From NCBI GenBank assembly GCA_002171615.1, contig NHEF01000014.1, positions 16,974 to 80,973 of the forward strand: 64,000 nt of DNA, in the 5' to 3' direction. The translations under genes and the position numbers were made by a program. The notes beneath the pieces are model-generated. The model did not search any database. It saw only the letters and a program-made list of their open reading frames with translations, and was not told the origin of the DNA. This document shows, in pieces, positions 22,588 to 34,404 of the stretch. This DNA is from Gammaproteobacteria bacterium TMED78. Its GTDB lineage: Bacteria > Pseudomonadota > Gammaproteobacteria > Steroidobacterales > Rariloculaceae. The first letter of the stretch is position 1. Each line of letters opens with the position of its first letter.

Positions 22588-25433
22588 GAATCTTTAATAA
22601 TTTTTTTTAAGTGTTTTCCAGTGTGAGATTTTTTATTTGTAATGATTTTTTCAGGCGTGCCAGACGCAACTACTGATCCTCCTTCATCTCCGCCCTCAGG
22701 CCCTAGGTCAATAATCCAGTCGGCTGTTTTAATTACTTCAAGATTATGTTCAATTATGATTATAGTATTTCCTTTATCTCGCAATTTATATAAGACTTGA
22801 AGAAGTTGAGATATATCATGTATATGAAGTCCTGTAGTTGGCTCATCTAACAAGTATAGTGTAGAGCCAATATCTCTTTTAGATAGTTCTTTTGCTAGTT
22901 TTATTCTTTGGGCCTCCCCACCAGATAATGTAGTAGCATTTTGTCCAAGCTTGATATAAGTTAAGCCTACATCTCCTAAGGTTTTTAAGCGCTTATAAAC
23001 CTGAGGAATATTTTTAAAAAAAACTAAGGCATCCTCGACAGTTAAGTCTAAGACTTCAGAGATATTTTTCCCCTTATAATTAACTTCTAGAGTTTCTCTA
23101 TTATATCTTTTCCCTTCACAAGAATCACATGACACATAAACATTTGGAAGGAAATGCATCTCTACTTTTATGACCCCATCCCCTTGACAAATTTCACACC
23201 TACCTCCTTTTACGTTAAAGCTAAATCGCCCAGGCTTATAGCCTCTAGATCTAGACTCTTTAGTTAATGAAAATAAATCTCTTATCTGTGTAAAAATACC
23301 AGTATATGTGGCTGGGTTAGATCTTGGTGTCCTTCCTATAGGGCTTTGGCTTATATCAATAACTCTTTGTATTTTTTCTAGACCAGCACAGCTCTGAAAA
23401 GGCGCAGTGTTGTAATTATTTTTATTAATTTTGTTTGAGGCTAATTTATAAAGAGTTTCGTTCACTAATGTGCTTTTTCCTGATCCAGATACACCAGTTA
23501 TACATGTCATTAAACCAATCGGTAATTCAACGTCTATATTTTTGAGGTTATTTCCTGTAGCGCCTTTAATCTTAATTAAATTATTTTTATCAAACTTATT
23601 TCTAGTTAATGGTTTTCTTATTTTTAACTTTCCTGAAATGTATTTACCTGTAAGAGAATTATTATTTTTTTTAATTTCATTAACATCACCAATAGCAACT
23701 ATATTTCCACCATGTATTCCAGCTCCAGGACCGATATCTACAATATAGTCAGCAGACATAATAGTATCAATATCATGTTCTACAATAAAAATACTATTAC
23801 CTAAGTCTCTAAGCCTAAAGAGAGTTTCAAGTAATTTTTTATGATCTCTAGGATGAAGACCAATTGATGGTTCATCAAGAATATACATTACTCCGACAAG
23901 GCCTGATCCAACTTGGCTAGCCAACCTAATTCGTTGGGCCTCACCACCCGACAAAGTTTCAGCACTTCTATCTAGAGTTAGATAGCCCAATCCTACATCA
24001 AATAAAAATTTTAGCCTATCATTGATTTCTTTAATTATTTTTTCGGCTATAAGATTTCTCCATCCTTTTATTTTTAAGGAATTAAAGAAACTTATAGCTT
24101 GTGTTATAGAGAGCTTAGTAACATCTGGAAGTATTAGATCATTTATATATACACTCCTAGCTGACTCATTCAGTCTAGTTCCAGTACAAGAATTACAAGA
24201 ATCAATTTTTTGAAATTTAGCTAACTCTTCTCTAACTCTAAAAGATTCTGTTTCCTTATATCTTCTTTGCATATTAGGAATGATGCCCTCAAAGACATGT
24301 TTTTTATAAACACTCTCACCATTATCAGAAGAATAAGAGAATTCAATAATTTCATTATTACTACCATATAAAATAATATCTTTTATCTTCTTAGACAGAT
24401 TTTTAAAGGGTTTATCAATATTAAAAGAATAATGTTTAGCAAGAGATAGAAACAAATCATAAGCATAAGAATTTTTTTTGTCCCACCCTCTTATCGCACC
24501 ACCGGAAAGAGATATATCTTGATTTTTTACTACAAGAACAGGATCAAATAATCTTCTTATGCCTAGACCGTCACAATACTGGCATGCCCCGAAAGGACTA
24601 TTAAATGAAAATAATCTAGGTTCGAGCTCAGCTATGCTAAAACTACATTGAGGACAAGAAAATTTATTTGAAAATATTAACTCTTTATTCCCTTTTTTAT
24701 TTACTACCAAAATTTTAGCAATACCACTTGCTAGATCTAAAGCTGTTTCAAAAGACTCAGTAAGCCTTAATTTTATTCCCTCTTTTATTTTTAGCCTATC
24801 AACAATCACCTCTATAGTATTTTTCTGGTGAAGCTTAAGCTTAGGCATAGAATCAAAATCAACTATTTCATTATTAATCCTAGCCCTTATGAATCCTTTT
24901 ATCTTTAATTCAGAAATTATATTTTCATGCTCACCTTTTTTGCTATTTATTATAGGAGCTAATAGGATTATTTCAGAGTTTTTTTCTAGCTTTAAAACAG
25001 TATCTACCATTTCTGAGACATTTTGAGCTTCAAGTTTTCGTTTTCTATGGGTAGGGCAATATGGGATACCAGCCCTAGCAAACAATAATCTTAGGTAATC
25101 ATATATTTCCGTTATAGTACCAACTGTTGATCTAGGATTATGAGAGGTTGATTTTTGTTCAATTGAGATTGCCGGCGATAGGCCTTCTATATGGTCAACA
25201 TCTGGCTTTTCCATAATTGAAAGAAATTGTCTAGCATAAGTTGAAAGTGACTCTACATACCTTCTTTGACCTTCAGCATAAAGAGTATCAAAGGCAAGAG
25301 AAGATTTTCCTGATCCAGATAATCCTGTAATAACAACAATTTTATCTCTAGGTAATGTTACATCAATATTTTTGAGATTATGAGTCCTAGCACCCCTTAT
25401 CTTTATTTGATGTTTTAGTTGAAAATTATTCAT
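22584..25433 (-). CDS. uvrA: Excinuclease ABC subunit A
   Basis: 949 aa. Two ABC ATPase modules ([18 protein letters not shown], two LSGGE signatures) and zinc-finger Cys clusters. Divergent from ssb, as in E. coli. Confidence 0.98.
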   Translation of the reverse strand: MNNFQLKHQIKIRGARTHNLKNIDVTLPRDKIVVITGLSGSGKSSLAFDTLYAEGQRRYVESLSTYARQFLSIMEKPDVDHIEGLSPAISIEQKSTSHNPRSTVGTITEIYDYLRLLFARAGIPYCPTHRKRKLEAQNVSEMVDTVLKLEKNSEIILLAPIINSKKGEHENIISELKIKGFIRARINNEIVDFDSMPKLKLHQKNTIEVIVDRLKIKEGIKLRLTESFETALDLASGIAKILVVNKKGNKELIFSNKFSCPQCSFSIAELEPRLFSFNSPFGACQYCDGLGIRRLFDPVLVVKNQDISLSGGAIRGWDKKNSYAYDLFLSLAKHYSFNIDKPFKNLSKKIKDIILYGSNNEIIEFSYSSDNGESVYKKHVFEGIIPNMQRRYKETESFRVREELAKFQKIDSCNSCTGTRLNESARSVYINDLILPDVTKLSITQAISFFNSLKIKGWRNLIAEKIIKEINDRLKFLFDVGLGYLTLDRSAETLSGGEAQRIRLASQVGSGLVGVMYILDEPSIGLHPRDHKKLLETLFRLRDLGNSIFIVEHDIDTIMSADYIVDIGPGAGIHGGNIVAIGDVNEIKKNNNSLTGKYISGKLKIRKPLTRNKFDKNNLIKIKGATGNNLKNIDVELPIGLMTCITGVSGSGKSTLVNETLYKLASNKINKNNYNTAPFQSCAGLEKIQRVIDISQSPIGRTPRSNPATYTGIFTQIRDLFSLTKESRSRGYKPGRFSFNVKGGRCEICQGDGVIKVEMHFLPNVYVSCDSCEGKRYNRETLEVNYKGKNISEVLDLTVEDALVFFKNIPQVYKRLKTLGDVGLTYIKLGQNATTLSGGEAQRIKLAKELSKRDIGSTLYLLDEPTTGLHIHDISQLLQVLYKLRDKGNTIIIIEHNLEVIKTADWIIDLGPEGGDEGGSVVASGTPEKIITNKKSHTGKHLKKIIKDS

Positions 25434-25531
25434 ATATAATTAGAAATTTGTGTGCCTTTAATTTAAGCTAAAGCTTATAATTATATAACAATTAAAATAT
25501 ATATTAATGCTTTTAAGAATAAGGAGATTTT

Positions 25532-25972
25532 ATGGCTAGAGGTATAAATAAAGTAATACTAGTTGGGACTCTTGGTGCTGATCCAAAAACTTCAGCCATG
25601 CCTAGTGGGAGCGCTGTTACGAATTTAAGTATAGCAACAAATGAGTCTTGGAAAGATAAAGAAACAGGAGAGCAACAAGATAGAACCGAGTGGCATAGAA
25701 TTGCTTTTTTTAATAGACTGGCTGAAATTGCTGCTGAGTATTTGAAGAAGGGATCTCAAATATATATTGAGGGCAAGCTTAGAACAAGAAAGTGGCAAGA
25801 TAAAGATGGAAATGATAGATGGACTACAGAGATCATTGCCAATGAGCTTCAGATGCTAGGAGGAAGATCTTCAAACGTTGGAGAAATGCCTGAAGACCAA
25901 GCTGAGCAGGATAGCGTAGAATCTTCAAAATCTTCTTCCTCTGAAGATTTCAACGACGATATACCTTTCTAA
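25532..25972 (+). CDS. ssb: Single-stranded DNA-binding protein
   Basis: 146 aa. OB fold ([14 protein letters not shown] ... TEWHRI) and acidic tail ending DDIPF. Confidence 0.97.
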   Translation: MARGINKVILVGTLGADPKTSAMPSGSAVTNLSIATNESWKDKETGEQQDRTEWHRIAFFNRLAEIAAEYLKKGSQIYIEGKLRTRKWQDKDGNDRWTTEIIANELQMLGGRSSNVGEMPEDQAEQDSVESSKSSSSEDFNDDIPF

Positions 25973-25976
25973 ATAT

Positions 25977-27326
25977 ATGCCAGATAACTTCGTTTATATA
26001 AAAACATTTGGTTGTCAGATGAATGTATATGATTCTGAGAAAATGAATGATATCTTGGAAGAAAGTCTGCAAATTAGCAAAACGGATAAACCTGAGAATG
26101 CAGATATCTTAATTCTAAATACTTGCTCTATTAGAGAAAAGGCCCAGGAAAAAGTATTTCACCAATTGGGAAGGTGGAAGGCTCAAAAACAACTTAATCC
26201 AAAAACAATTATAGGAGTTGGTGGTTGTGTAGCTAGTCAAGAGGGGAAAGCTATTTTAAAAAGAGCGCCTTATGTTGATTTAGTTTTCGGGCCTCAGACT
26301 ATTCACCGATTGCCACAGATGATAAAAAAAATAAGATCTGGCTATTCTAATGTTGTGGACATTAGCTTTCCTGCAATGGAGAAATTTGATCAAATACCTG
26401 AGCCAAGTAAAAGCTCTAGTTCTGCTTTTTTAACTATTATGGAAGGTTGTAGCAAGTACTGTACTTATTGTATTGTCCCATTTACACGCGGAGAAGAGGT
26501 AAGTAGACCTTCTAATGATATTTTATCTGAGGCTAATAGACTGGCTGAAATAGGAGTAAAAGAGATAAATTTATTAGGGCAAAATGTTAATGCGTATCGT
26601 AGTTATGACAGTAGCCATAAGTTAATTGATTTATCTAAGTTGATTAGAATGGTTGCAAAGATTGATGGTATTGATAGGTTACGATTTACTACATCTCATC
26701 CAGTGCAGTTTAGAGACTCATTAATTGATACTTATGCAGAAGTTCCTGAGTTGGCGAATCATTTACATTTACCTATTCAGAGTGGATCTGATCGTATCTT
26801 AAAGCTTATGAAGAGAGGACATACTGTTTCAGGATACAAATCAAAGATAAACAGACTGAGAAAGGTTAGGCCCGGTATTTCTATTTCCTCTGATTTCATA
26901 GTTGGCTTTCCAGGAGAGCAAGAGTCTGACTTTAATCAGACTATAGACTTAATATATGAAATAGGTTTTGATCATTCATTCAGTTTTATTTATAGCCCAA
27001 GACCAGGAACTCCTGCAGCTGAGATCAAAGACGAAATTTCAAGAGGAGATAAGCTAGCTAGATTAAAAATATTGCAAGATTTAATTAATTCTCAATCAAA
27101 AGAGATTAGTCAAGATATGGTAGGCTCCACTCAAAAAGTTTTAGTGGAAAGGCTATCAAAAAAATCAGAAAATGAACTATCTGGTAGAACAGAAAATAAT
27201 AGATGGGTTAATTTTCAGGGCAATCATAGGCTTATAGGATCATTTACTGATGTATTGATTGTTGAATCACTCTCTAATTGTTTGAGAGGAAGAGTAGTTG
27301 TCGACTCTGATAAATCAGTAGCCTAG
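25977..27326 (+). CDS. miaB: tRNA-2-methylthio-N6-dimethylallyladenosine synthase
   Basis: 449 aa. N-terminal FGCQMN...NTCSIRE...GGC cysteine motif of the UPF0004 domain, radical-SAM CSKYCTYC, and a TRAM domain. Head of the conserved miaB-ybeZ-ybeY-corC-lnt cluster. Confidence 0.96.
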   Translation: MPDNFVYIKTFGCQMNVYDSEKMNDILEESLQISKTDKPENADILILNTCSIREKAQEKVFHQLGRWKAQKQLNPKTIIGVGGCVASQEGKAILKRAPYVDLVFGPQTIHRLPQMIKKIRSGYSNVVDISFPAMEKFDQIPEPSKSSSSAFLTIMEGCSKYCTYCIVPFTRGEEVSRPSNDILSEANRLAEIGVKEINLLGQNVNAYRSYDSSHKLIDLSKLIRMVAKIDGIDRLRFTTSHPVQFRDSLIDTYAEVPELANHLHLPIQSGSDRILKLMKRGHTVSGYKSKINRLRKVRPGISISSDFIVGFPGEQESDFNQTIDLIYEIGFDHSFSFIYSPRPGTPAAEIKDEISRGDKLARLKILQDLINSQSKEISQDMVGSTQKVLVERLSKKSENELSGRTENNRWVNFQGNHRLIGSFTDVLIVESLSNCLRGRVVVDSDKSVA

Positions 27327-27339
27327 TTAGGCACTCAAC

Positions 27340-28305
27340 GTGAAACCTATTTCTTTTAATTTAGAGCTAGATGATCATCAACATATGATGAATTTATGTG
27401 GTGAGTTAGATAAAAACTTAGAACAAATAAAGAAACAGCTTGATATTGAGATAAAATATAGAGGAAATCATTTTCAGTTAATAGGTAGCGAGGAAGAGAT
27501 GATGATAGGCAAAAAAATCCTAGAATCTCTTTTCAATCTTTCAAAGAAAGGGGAGTTAGATCTAGAGCAAGTGCACATGACTATTCAAGAGTTCAAGAAT
27601 CAAGATTATAGGATTAAATTAGATGAGGATAAGCCGGTTACTTTCCATACAAGAAGAAGAGATATTAATGTTAGAGGCGCCAACCAGAGGCTTTATGGCA
27701 CTGCATTAAGAGAAAGGGACTTAGTATTTGGCGTAGGCCCCGCAGGTACTGGCAAAACTTATCTTGCAGTTGCCGCTGGTGTAGAGGCGTTAGATTCAGA
27801 TCTGGTTAGACGTCTTATCCTAGTTAGACCAGCTGTAGAGGCAGGCGAAAAATTGGGATTTCTGCCTGGTGATATGATACAAAAAATAGATCCTTATTTA
27901 CGACCTATTTATGATGCGTTATATGAAATGCTTGGCTTTGAGCATACTACGCGCCTTATCGATAAAAATATTATTGAAGTTGCTCCTCTAGCCTTCATGA
28001 GAGGAAGAACTTTAAATGAGTCATATGTGATATTAGATGAAGCTCAAAATACTACTAAAGAGCAGATGAAAATGTTCTTAACTAGAATGGGATACGGATC
28101 AAGGACGGTAGTTACTGGAGATATAACACAGATTGATTTAGAGAAAGGACAGGAATCAGGACTTAAACATGCTATCAAGATAATGAATAATATAGAGGAG
28201 GCAAGCTTTATTCATTTCAATATAGACGATGTTGTTAGGCACCCATTAGTGAGAAAAATTTTGAGAGCATATTCAGAATCAGAAAAGAGAAAAACTAAAA
28301 ATTAA
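27340..28305 (+). CDS. ybeZ: PhoH-like ATPase YbeZ
   Basis: 321 aa with a GTG start. Walker A GPAGTGKTYLA and ILDEAQN. Confidence 0.93.
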   Translation: MKPISFNLELDDHQHMMNLCGELDKNLEQIKKQLDIEIKYRGNHFQLIGSEEEMMIGKKILESLFNLSKKGELDLEQVHMTIQEFKNQDYRIKLDEDKPVTFHTRRRDINVRGANQRLYGTALRERDLVFGVGPAGTGKTYLAVAAGVEALDSDLVRRLILVRPAVEAGEKLGFLPGDMIQKIDPYLRPIYDALYEMLGFEHTTRLIDKNIIEVAPLAFMRGRTLNESYVILDEAQNTTKEQMKMFLTRMGYGSRTVVTGDITQIDLEKGQESGLKHAIKIMNNIEEASFIHFNIDDVVRHPLVRKILRAYSESEKRKTKN

Positions 28306-28314
28306 ATTGAGCTT

Positions 28315-28779
28315 ATGAATAATTTAGATCTGGAGGTTATTATACAAAACAATTCTTTGTCTGATTATATCCCAAGTATAAAAAAAATTAGTTCATGGCT
28401 GGGACATATACCTGATAGGATGATTGATAAATATGTAACTATTAGAATTGTGGATGAATTAGAGTCAAAAGACATTAATTTACGCTATAGGAAAATAGAT
28501 AGAGCTACAAATGTTTTAGCTTTTCCTTCTGGGAATATGGCTTTAGTTGAGATAGAGGAGGCTTTACCGTTAGGAGATCTAGTTATTTGTGCTCCTTTGT
28601 TGGAAAAAGAAGCAATAAGTGAAAATAAGACTTTAGATTCGCATTGGGCTCATATTCTTATACATGGAATTTTACATTTGATTGGATATGATCATGAACA
28701 GCCTTTAAAGGCTGATATAATGGAAGATTTGGAGAGCAGGATTTTACTAGAAATAGGTTTCGACGATCCTTATTCTTAA
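28315..28779 (+). CDS. ybeY: rRNA maturation endoribonuclease YbeY
   Basis: 154 aa with the zinc motif HGILHLIGYDH. Confidence 0.95.
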   Translation: MNNLDLEVIIQNNSLSDYIPSIKKISSWLGHIPDRMIDKYVTIRIVDELESKDINLRYRKIDRATNVLAFPSGNMALVEIEEALPLGDLVICAPLLEKEAISENKTLDSHWAHILIHGILHLIGYDHEQPLKADIMEDLESRILLEIGFDDPYS

Positions 28780-28802
28780 TACTAGTTTTTTATGGGTGAA
28801 AT

Positions 28803-29642
28803 ATGTTAAATAATTCTAAAGGTATGAATTTAAAATCAAAGCTATTTTCATGGCTTAAAAGCTCTATTCGAAACAAAAGTGATATTGTTTCTTTACTAGA
28901 TGATTCTAGAAAAAAAAATCTATTAGATATTGATGAATATGCAATGATTAAGGGAGTTCTTGAAGTATCGGAAAAGGATGTAGGGGATATAATGATCCCT
29001 AGATCTCATATGGTGGTTCTTGAGTTAGATGATACTCCTAGTCATCTCTTGGAAAAAATCATAAATTCTGGACACTCTAGGTTTCCTGTTATTGGTGAAG
29101 ATAGGGATGAGGTAGTCGGTATATTTCTTGCTAAAGATATATTAAAAAATTTTACAAAAGGTAACGATACTAAGAAGATACAGATTATCGATTTGTTAAG
29201 AACTCCTATTTTTATTCCTGAAAGTAAAAGATTAGATACTCTTTTGTCACAGTTTAGAGAGAGTCGTAATCATATGGCAATTGTTGTAGATGAGTATGGT
29301 GGGGTAGCTGGACTAGCGACAATTGAGGATGTTTTAGAGCAAATAGTGGGCGATATAGATGATGAATATGATTCTAAAGAAGATGAAAGTATTTTTGATA
29401 ATGGAAATGGAAAATATATTGTGAAAGCGCTTACACGCTTAGAGGACTTTAACGAATACTTTAAAAGTTCATTGGAGGAAGAGGATTACGATACTGTTGG
29501 GGGCTTAATAATAAATAAGCTGGGCCGGTTACCTCATGTAGGAGAATCACTCAATTTTAGAGGATTCAGATTTAAGATTATTAAATCTGATAAAAGAAGA
29601 GTATTAACTTTAGAAGTTAGCTTAGGAAACAAGACAGAATAG
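28803..29642 (+). CDS. corC: CBS-pair / CorC-HlyC domain magnesium-cobalt efflux-associated protein
   Basis: 279 aa. Two CBS domains, HMAIVVDEYGGVAGLATIEDVLEQIVGDI, and a C-terminal transporter-associated domain. Conserved position before lnt. Confidence 0.92.
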   Translation: MLNNSKGMNLKSKLFSWLKSSIRNKSDIVSLLDDSRKKNLLDIDEYAMIKGVLEVSEKDVGDIMIPRSHMVVLELDDTPSHLLEKIINSGHSRFPVIGEDRDEVVGIFLAKDILKNFTKGNDTKKIQIIDLLRTPIFIPESKRLDTLLSQFRESRNHMAIVVDEYGGVAGLATIEDVLEQIVGDIDDEYDSKEDESIFDNGNGKYIVKALTRLEDFNEYFKSSLEEEDYDTVGGLIINKLGRLPHVGESLNFRGFRFKIIKSDKRRVLTLEVSLGNKTE

Positions 29643-29650
29643 ATTAATTG

Positions 29651-31150
29651 ATGAATTTTTTTTTTCAGTATAAGTATATTATAGCCTTAGTTGCAGGCTC
29701 TATCTTACCTTTTTCATTTGCCCCATTTAATTTTTTTTTGATATCTCCGATTAGTTTATCAATTTTATTTTTATTGTGGATTAGAAGTGAGCAAATAGTA
29801 GCATTTAGACTCGGTTTTATTTTTGGATTTGCAAGTTTTTCTATCGGTCTATATTGGCTGTATATTAGTATTCATCATTTTGGTGGAGTAAATGAGTTAT
29901 TCAGCCTTTTCTTATTATTTTGTTTAATTAGTATTTTATCTTTTTATATTGGATTTATTGGTTGGTTTTGTAAAAAATTCTTTAGAGTAAGTGATCATAT
30001 TTATTTATTATTTATATTTCCATTAGGGTGGACATTAGTTGAATGGTTAAGAGGATGGTTATTTTCAGGTTTTGGATGGCTATCATTAGGTTATAGCCAA
30101 TCAGATTCATGGATAATGAGTTTAGCTCCGGTTGGTGGGTTACATTTAATGAGTCTATCAGTGCTTATTACTGCAGGAGGCCTTTCAGTATTTTTAATAG
30201 GAGGTAATAAATATAGACTTATATCTGTTCTATCTCTAGCCTCTATTTGGGGGACCGCTTTTTTTTTGGAAGGGTACCAATGGACTAAGCCTAGTGGTTC
30301 GACTTATTCAGTCTCAATAGTGCAAGGGTCTATTTCGCAAGATTTGAAGTGGAGGTCAGATTATTTGGCTCCTACTCTTGATTTATATCGTGATCTTATT
30401 TTCCAAAGTGGAGATAGTTCTTTAATTATCCTACCAGAAGTAGCCCTTCCCATACCTTATGAGCAGGCAAAAGAATATCTTGATGAATTAAAATCTTGGT
30501 CTAAAGAAAATGACAGCTTAATTATGTTAGGTATTTTAAAAAGAAATTATAGTGATAATAATTATTTTAACGCCTTAGTTTCTTTAGATGACCAAGAGAG
30601 CTTCTATGCAAAAAAACATATTGTGCCTTTTGGCGAGTATATGCCTTTGCCTGATTTTGCGAAGTTATGGGTGAGAAAGCTTAACCTACCATATAGTGAA
30701 TTATCTAAAGGGCCATCAAAACAAGAACCTATTTTTTTTAAAAACGAAAAGGCGGCAATAAGTATATGCTATGAAGATGTTTTTGGTGCGGAACAATTAC
30801 ACTATTTTCCAGAATCAACATTTTTAATAAATCTAACAAATGATGCTTGGTTTGGTGATTCTATAGCTCCTCATCAACATCTACAGATATCTAAAGTAAG
30901 AGCTGCTGAAGTAGGAAGATTTATTTTGAGATCCGCTAATACTGGTATCTCAGCTATAATAAATCAAGAGGGAGAGGTTATTAATTTTTCACCACAATTT
31001 GAGCCATATATTTTGAAGGGGGAGTTTTCTGGGTTTGAAGGGATGACATTTTTTTCCTATGTAGGAAATAAATTAGTAATTACCTTAAGTTTTTTATTTT
31101 TAATATTTTTTTATTTTGCTACAAAATTTAATATCCGATTAGGAACATAA
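29651..31150 (+). CDS. lnt: Apolipoprotein N-acyltransferase
   Basis: About 499 aa (a TTG at 29648 is the alternative start). Multi-TM N-terminal half, then a CN-hydrolase domain (ILPEVA ... ICYEDVF ... NLTNDAWFG). The 3' end overlaps convergent leuS by 40 nt. Confidence 0.93.
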   Translation: MNFFFQYKYIIALVAGSILPFSFAPFNFFLISPISLSILFLLWIRSEQIVAFRLGFIFGFASFSIGLYWLYISIHHFGGVNELFSLFLLFCLISILSFYIGFIGWFCKKFFRVSDHIYLLFIFPLGWTLVEWLRGWLFSGFGWLSLGYSQSDSWIMSLAPVGGLHLMSLSVLITAGGLSVFLIGGNKYRLISVLSLASIWGTAFFLEGYQWTKPSGSTYSVSIVQGSISQDLKWRSDYLAPTLDLYRDLIFQSGDSSLIILPEVALPIPYEQAKEYLDELKSWSKENDSLIMLGILKRNYSDNNYFNALVSLDDQESFYAKKHIVPFGEYMPLPDFAKLWVRKLNLPYSELSKGPSKQEPIFFKNEKAAISICYEDVFGAEQLHYFPESTFLINLTNDAWFGDSIAPHQHLQISKVRAAEVGRFILRSANTGISAIINQEGEVINFSPQFEPYILKGEFSGFEGMTFFSYVGNKLVITLSFLFLIFFYFATKFNIRLGT

Positions 31151-33720
31151 ATTATTTTTTCTATTTTTTTGTCTTTTAGGTTTAGCTGTATATTTTTATT
31201 TGCTTTAGATATTTTTATGATATCTTCCTTAGTAGCTTCCTTTTTTACTTCAATATTTCCTCTTAGCTTTCCATTTATCTGTATAGCAATATTAACTGAA
31301 TCCTTTATTAATAAGGTAGCATCTAGTTTAGGCCATTCTTCGTAGGCAAGAGTAATTTTGCTACCAAGTATTTCCCAAATCTCTTCGCAAAGATGAGGTG
31401 CAAATGGAGAAAGCAAAAGAATGAATTCTTTTGCAATACTTAAGGGTACGTAATCCCACTTTTGTGCCGCATTAATAAATTCCATTAGAGAAGAAATTGC
31501 AGTGTTGAATTTAAATTCTTCTAAGTCATTGGTAACTTTATTAATAGTGACATGCAATTGCTGTAATTGTAATTTCTTTGGTTCTAATTTTTTTATAGAA
31601 GGAGATATGTTTCCATTGTCGGTAAATAGTCTCCAGACTTTATTTAAAAATCTAAATGTACCTTCTACTCCTCTTGTATTCCAAGGTTTTACTTGCTCTA
31701 GAGGACCCATAAACATTTCATAAAGCCTAAATGCATCTGCTCCGTATTTAGAAATAATATTATCAGGATTAATAACATTACCGCGACTTTTGCTCATTTT
31801 AAATGCTCTAGATTCAACAATAATTTCTTCATCAGACTTTAAAAAAAACTGATCACCTTTTTTTATAACTTCATCAGATGTAATTTTTTTATTTATCAAT
31901 TGATCATTATTTCGTAAGTCTTTATTCTTTTCTACAAATTCTAAAGATACAGGTTCATCATTTTTGTTTATATATAATATAAATTCAAATTCCCCTAAAA
32001 TAATTCCTTGATGTATTAATTTTTTAAATGGTTCAGGAGTTGAAACGATCTTTGCATCATATAAAACTCTATGCCAAAAACGAGCATATAGTAGATGAAG
32101 GACAGCGTGCTCTGATCCGCCTATATATAAATCAACAGGCATCCAGTATTTTTCAATCTTAGGATCTACTAATGATAATTTATTAAATGGGTCAATATAT
32201 CTTAGGAAGTACCAGCAAGAACCTGCCCACTGAGGCATAGTATTTGTCTCTCTCATGGCTTTTTCTTTTGTTACCGGGTCAGTTGTATTTATCCAATCTT
32301 TTGCATTAGAGAGGGGCCCTTCAGGAGAACCACTTGGTTTAAAATTTTTTATATTAGGTAGAATTACAGGTAGATATTTTTCAGGTAATATTTTTGGCTT
32401 ATCTTTTACATAAATTATCGGAAATGGCTCCCCCCAATATCTTTGTCTAGAAAATAGCCAGTCTCTAATTTTATAATTTATTTTTCCTTTACCATAATTA
32501 TTTTCTTCTAACCAGCTGACTATTTTTTTCTTTGATTCGGCTATATTTAGTCCATTTAGGAAGTCACTATTTATTGAAATTCCTTCTCCATTATATGCTT
32601 CTCCTAAAAAATCTTCGGGAGGTTCCACAGTCCTAGTAATAGGTAATTTATATTTTTTTGCAAACTCCCAATCTCTTTGATCTTCTCCTGGAACTGCCAT
32701 TATTGCTCCAGTACCATATTGGGCTAGGACGTAATCAGCTATCCATATTGGAATTTCCTTTTTATTTGCAGGATTTATAGCATAGCTTCCAGTAAACACT
32801 CCTGTTTTTATTTTTTGAAGATCAGCTCTTTCTAGATCACTTTTTCTTTTTGATTGCTCTATATATTTACTGACTTCATTTTTTTTAGTGTTAGTAGTAA
32901 GTTCGTTAACTAGATCATTTTCTGGCGCTAAAACTAAATATGTAGCACCAAATATAGTATCAGGTCTAGTAGTAAATATGTCTATTGGAGTATTTTTTTC
33001 AGATTTACTGGTAAGAAAATAGATTTCTGCTCCTTCACTTTTTCCAATCCAGTTCTTTTGCATTTCTTTTGTACTCTCAGGCCAGTCTAGCTTATCCAGC
33101 CCATTTAAAAGCTTTTCAGCATAATCAGTGATTTTTAAAACCCATTGCTTAAGAGGTTTTCTAGTGCATTGAAAATTTCCTACTTCTGAATAACCATCAA
33201 TTACTTCCTCATTAGCTAAGGTTGTACCTAATTCTTCACACCACCATACTGGAGACTCTTGTTGGTATGCCAATCCGCGATCAAAAAGTAATTTAAATAT
33301 CCATTGAGTCCATTTGTAGTAAGAAGGATCAGTAGTATTAATCTCTCTATCCCAGTCATATGAAAACCCTAGGGATTTAAGCTGTCTGCGGAAATTACTT
33401 ATATTTTTTTCTGTAGTGAGCTTAGGGTGAGTTCCCGTTTTGATTGCATATTGTTCTGCTGGTAGCCCAAAAGCATCCCAACCAATTGGGTGAAGAACAT
33501 TGAAACCTTTCATTCTTTTATATCTAGATACAATATCAGAAGCAGTATAACCCTCAGGGTGGCCAACATGAAGGCCTTCACCACTAGGGTATGGAAACAT
33601 ATCTAAGGCATAGAATTTTGGCTTTTTTTCATCTATTTTATCTGGCAAATGGAAGGTTTTTTTATCTTCCCAGATCTTTTGCCATTTGGATTCTATAGTT
33701 TTATGAGGGTATAGAGACAT
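31111..33720 (-). CDS. leuS: Leucine--tRNA ligase
   Basis: 869 aa. HIGH-type motif (PSGEGLHVGHPEGY) and KMSKS (FKMSKSRGN). CP1 editing domain present. Confidence 0.98.
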   Translation of the reverse strand: MSLYPHKTIESKWQKIWEDKKTFHLPDKIDEKKPKFYALDMFPYPSGEGLHVGHPEGYTASDIVSRYKRMKGFNVLHPIGWDAFGLPAEQYAIKTGTHPKLTTEKNISNFRRQLKSLGFSYDWDREINTTDPSYYKWTQWIFKLLFDRGLAYQQESPVWWCEELGTTLANEEVIDGYSEVGNFQCTRKPLKQWVLKITDYAEKLLNGLDKLDWPESTKEMQKNWIGKSEGAEIYFLTSKSEKNTPIDIFTTRPDTIFGATYLVLAPENDLVNELTTNTKKNEVSKYIEQSKRKSDLERADLQKIKTGVFTGSYAINPANKKEIPIWIADYVLAQYGTGAIMAVPGEDQRDWEFAKKYKLPITRTVEPPEDFLGEAYNGEGISINSDFLNGLNIAESKKKIVSWLEENNYGKGKINYKIRDWLFSRQRYWGEPFPIIYVKDKPKILPEKYLPVILPNIKNFKPSGSPEGPLSNAKDWINTTDPVTKEKAMRETNTMPQWAGSCWYFLRYIDPFNKLSLVDPKIEKYWMPVDLYIGGSEHAVLHLLYARFWHRVLYDAKIVSTPEPFKKLIHQGIILGEFEFILYINKNDEPVSLEFVEKNKDLRNNDQLINKKITSDEVIKKGDQFFLKSDEEIIVESRAFKMSKSRGNVINPDNIISKYGADAFRLYEMFMGPLEQVKPWNTRGVEGTFRFLNKVWRLFTDNGNISPSIKKLEPKKLQLQQLHVTINKVTNDLEEFKFNTAISSLMEFINAAQKWDYVPLSIAKEFILLLSPFAPHLCEEIWEILGSKITLAYEEWPKLDATLLIKDSVNIAIQINGKLRGNIEVKKEATKEDIIKISKANKNIQLNLKDKKIEKIIYVPNRILNFVAK

Positions 33721-33857
33721 ATTTATAATTATTCATAATATTTTATTTTTTATCCAATTTAAGTTACAAATTTAACTAAGATATTATAATAATCTAAGTT
33801 GATTAATTAAAGTTAATAGATAGAGTATAGGTTTTAGCACCCTCTTGGAGAAGAATT

Positions 33858-34388
33858 TTGTTGATATTTTTAAAAAATATTTTTTATACTACGTTTTTTT
33901 TATCAATTATTTCTTATTTTCTTGCTAGTTGTGGATTTAAAGTTGAGGGATTGTATTCTGATCAACAGATAGGCCTTTCTACTTTTATTCAAACTAATGA
34001 CACCTCTTCATATTTATACAATAGTTTAAATGAAATATTTTTTAGAAACTCTTCTCTATTAGTCTCAAATCTTAGTTCATCCGAAGCTGTTTTGACAATA
34101 GTCGATGATTTTTCAGATCAAAGAATGCTGTCAGTCTCAGCAGGAAATATTCCTAGAGAATATGAGGTATTTTATTCAATTACATATTCATATAGAACTG
34201 GAGATAAACTAATAATACCAGAAGAAACTATTTTTTTGAGTGAAAGTTATACATTTGATGAAAGATTTGTTTTGGGGAAGGATAGAGAGAAGGAAAGCTT
34301 AATTGCTAAACTGAGTGATGATCTTGCTAGGCAGGTTTATTCGAGGATTCTAATAAATATAAAATCAAATAACACTCCTAGTTTATAA
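33858..34388 (+). CDS. lptE: LPS-assembly lipoprotein LptE (RlpB-like)
   Basis: 176 aa. TTG start 7 nt after a GGAG. Signal peptide with lipobox LASC|GF. LptE-like layout and a position beside leuS/holA as in E. coli. Sequence similarity is weak, so the call rests largely on context. Confidence 0.65.
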   Translation: MLIFLKNIFYTTFFLSIISYFLASCGFKVEGLYSDQQIGLSTFIQTNDTSSYLYNSLNEIFFRNSSLLVSNLSSSEAVLTIVDDFSDQRMLSVSAGNIPREYEVFYSITYSYRTGDKLIIPEETIFLSESYTFDERFVLGKDREKESLIAKLSDDLARQVYSRILINIKSNNTPSL

Positions 34389-34404
34389 AAAAATTAAAAT
34401 ATTT

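Noticed and set aside
25434-25531. I looked for a LexA/SOS box (CTGT-N8-ACAG) in the divergent uvrA-ssb promoter region, where E. coli has one.
   Set aside because: No CTGT...ACAG-type palindrome is present in the 98-nt spacer, so I make no regulatory call. Absence may mean that this lineage lacks a LexA regulon or uses a different box, which cannot be decided from this window.
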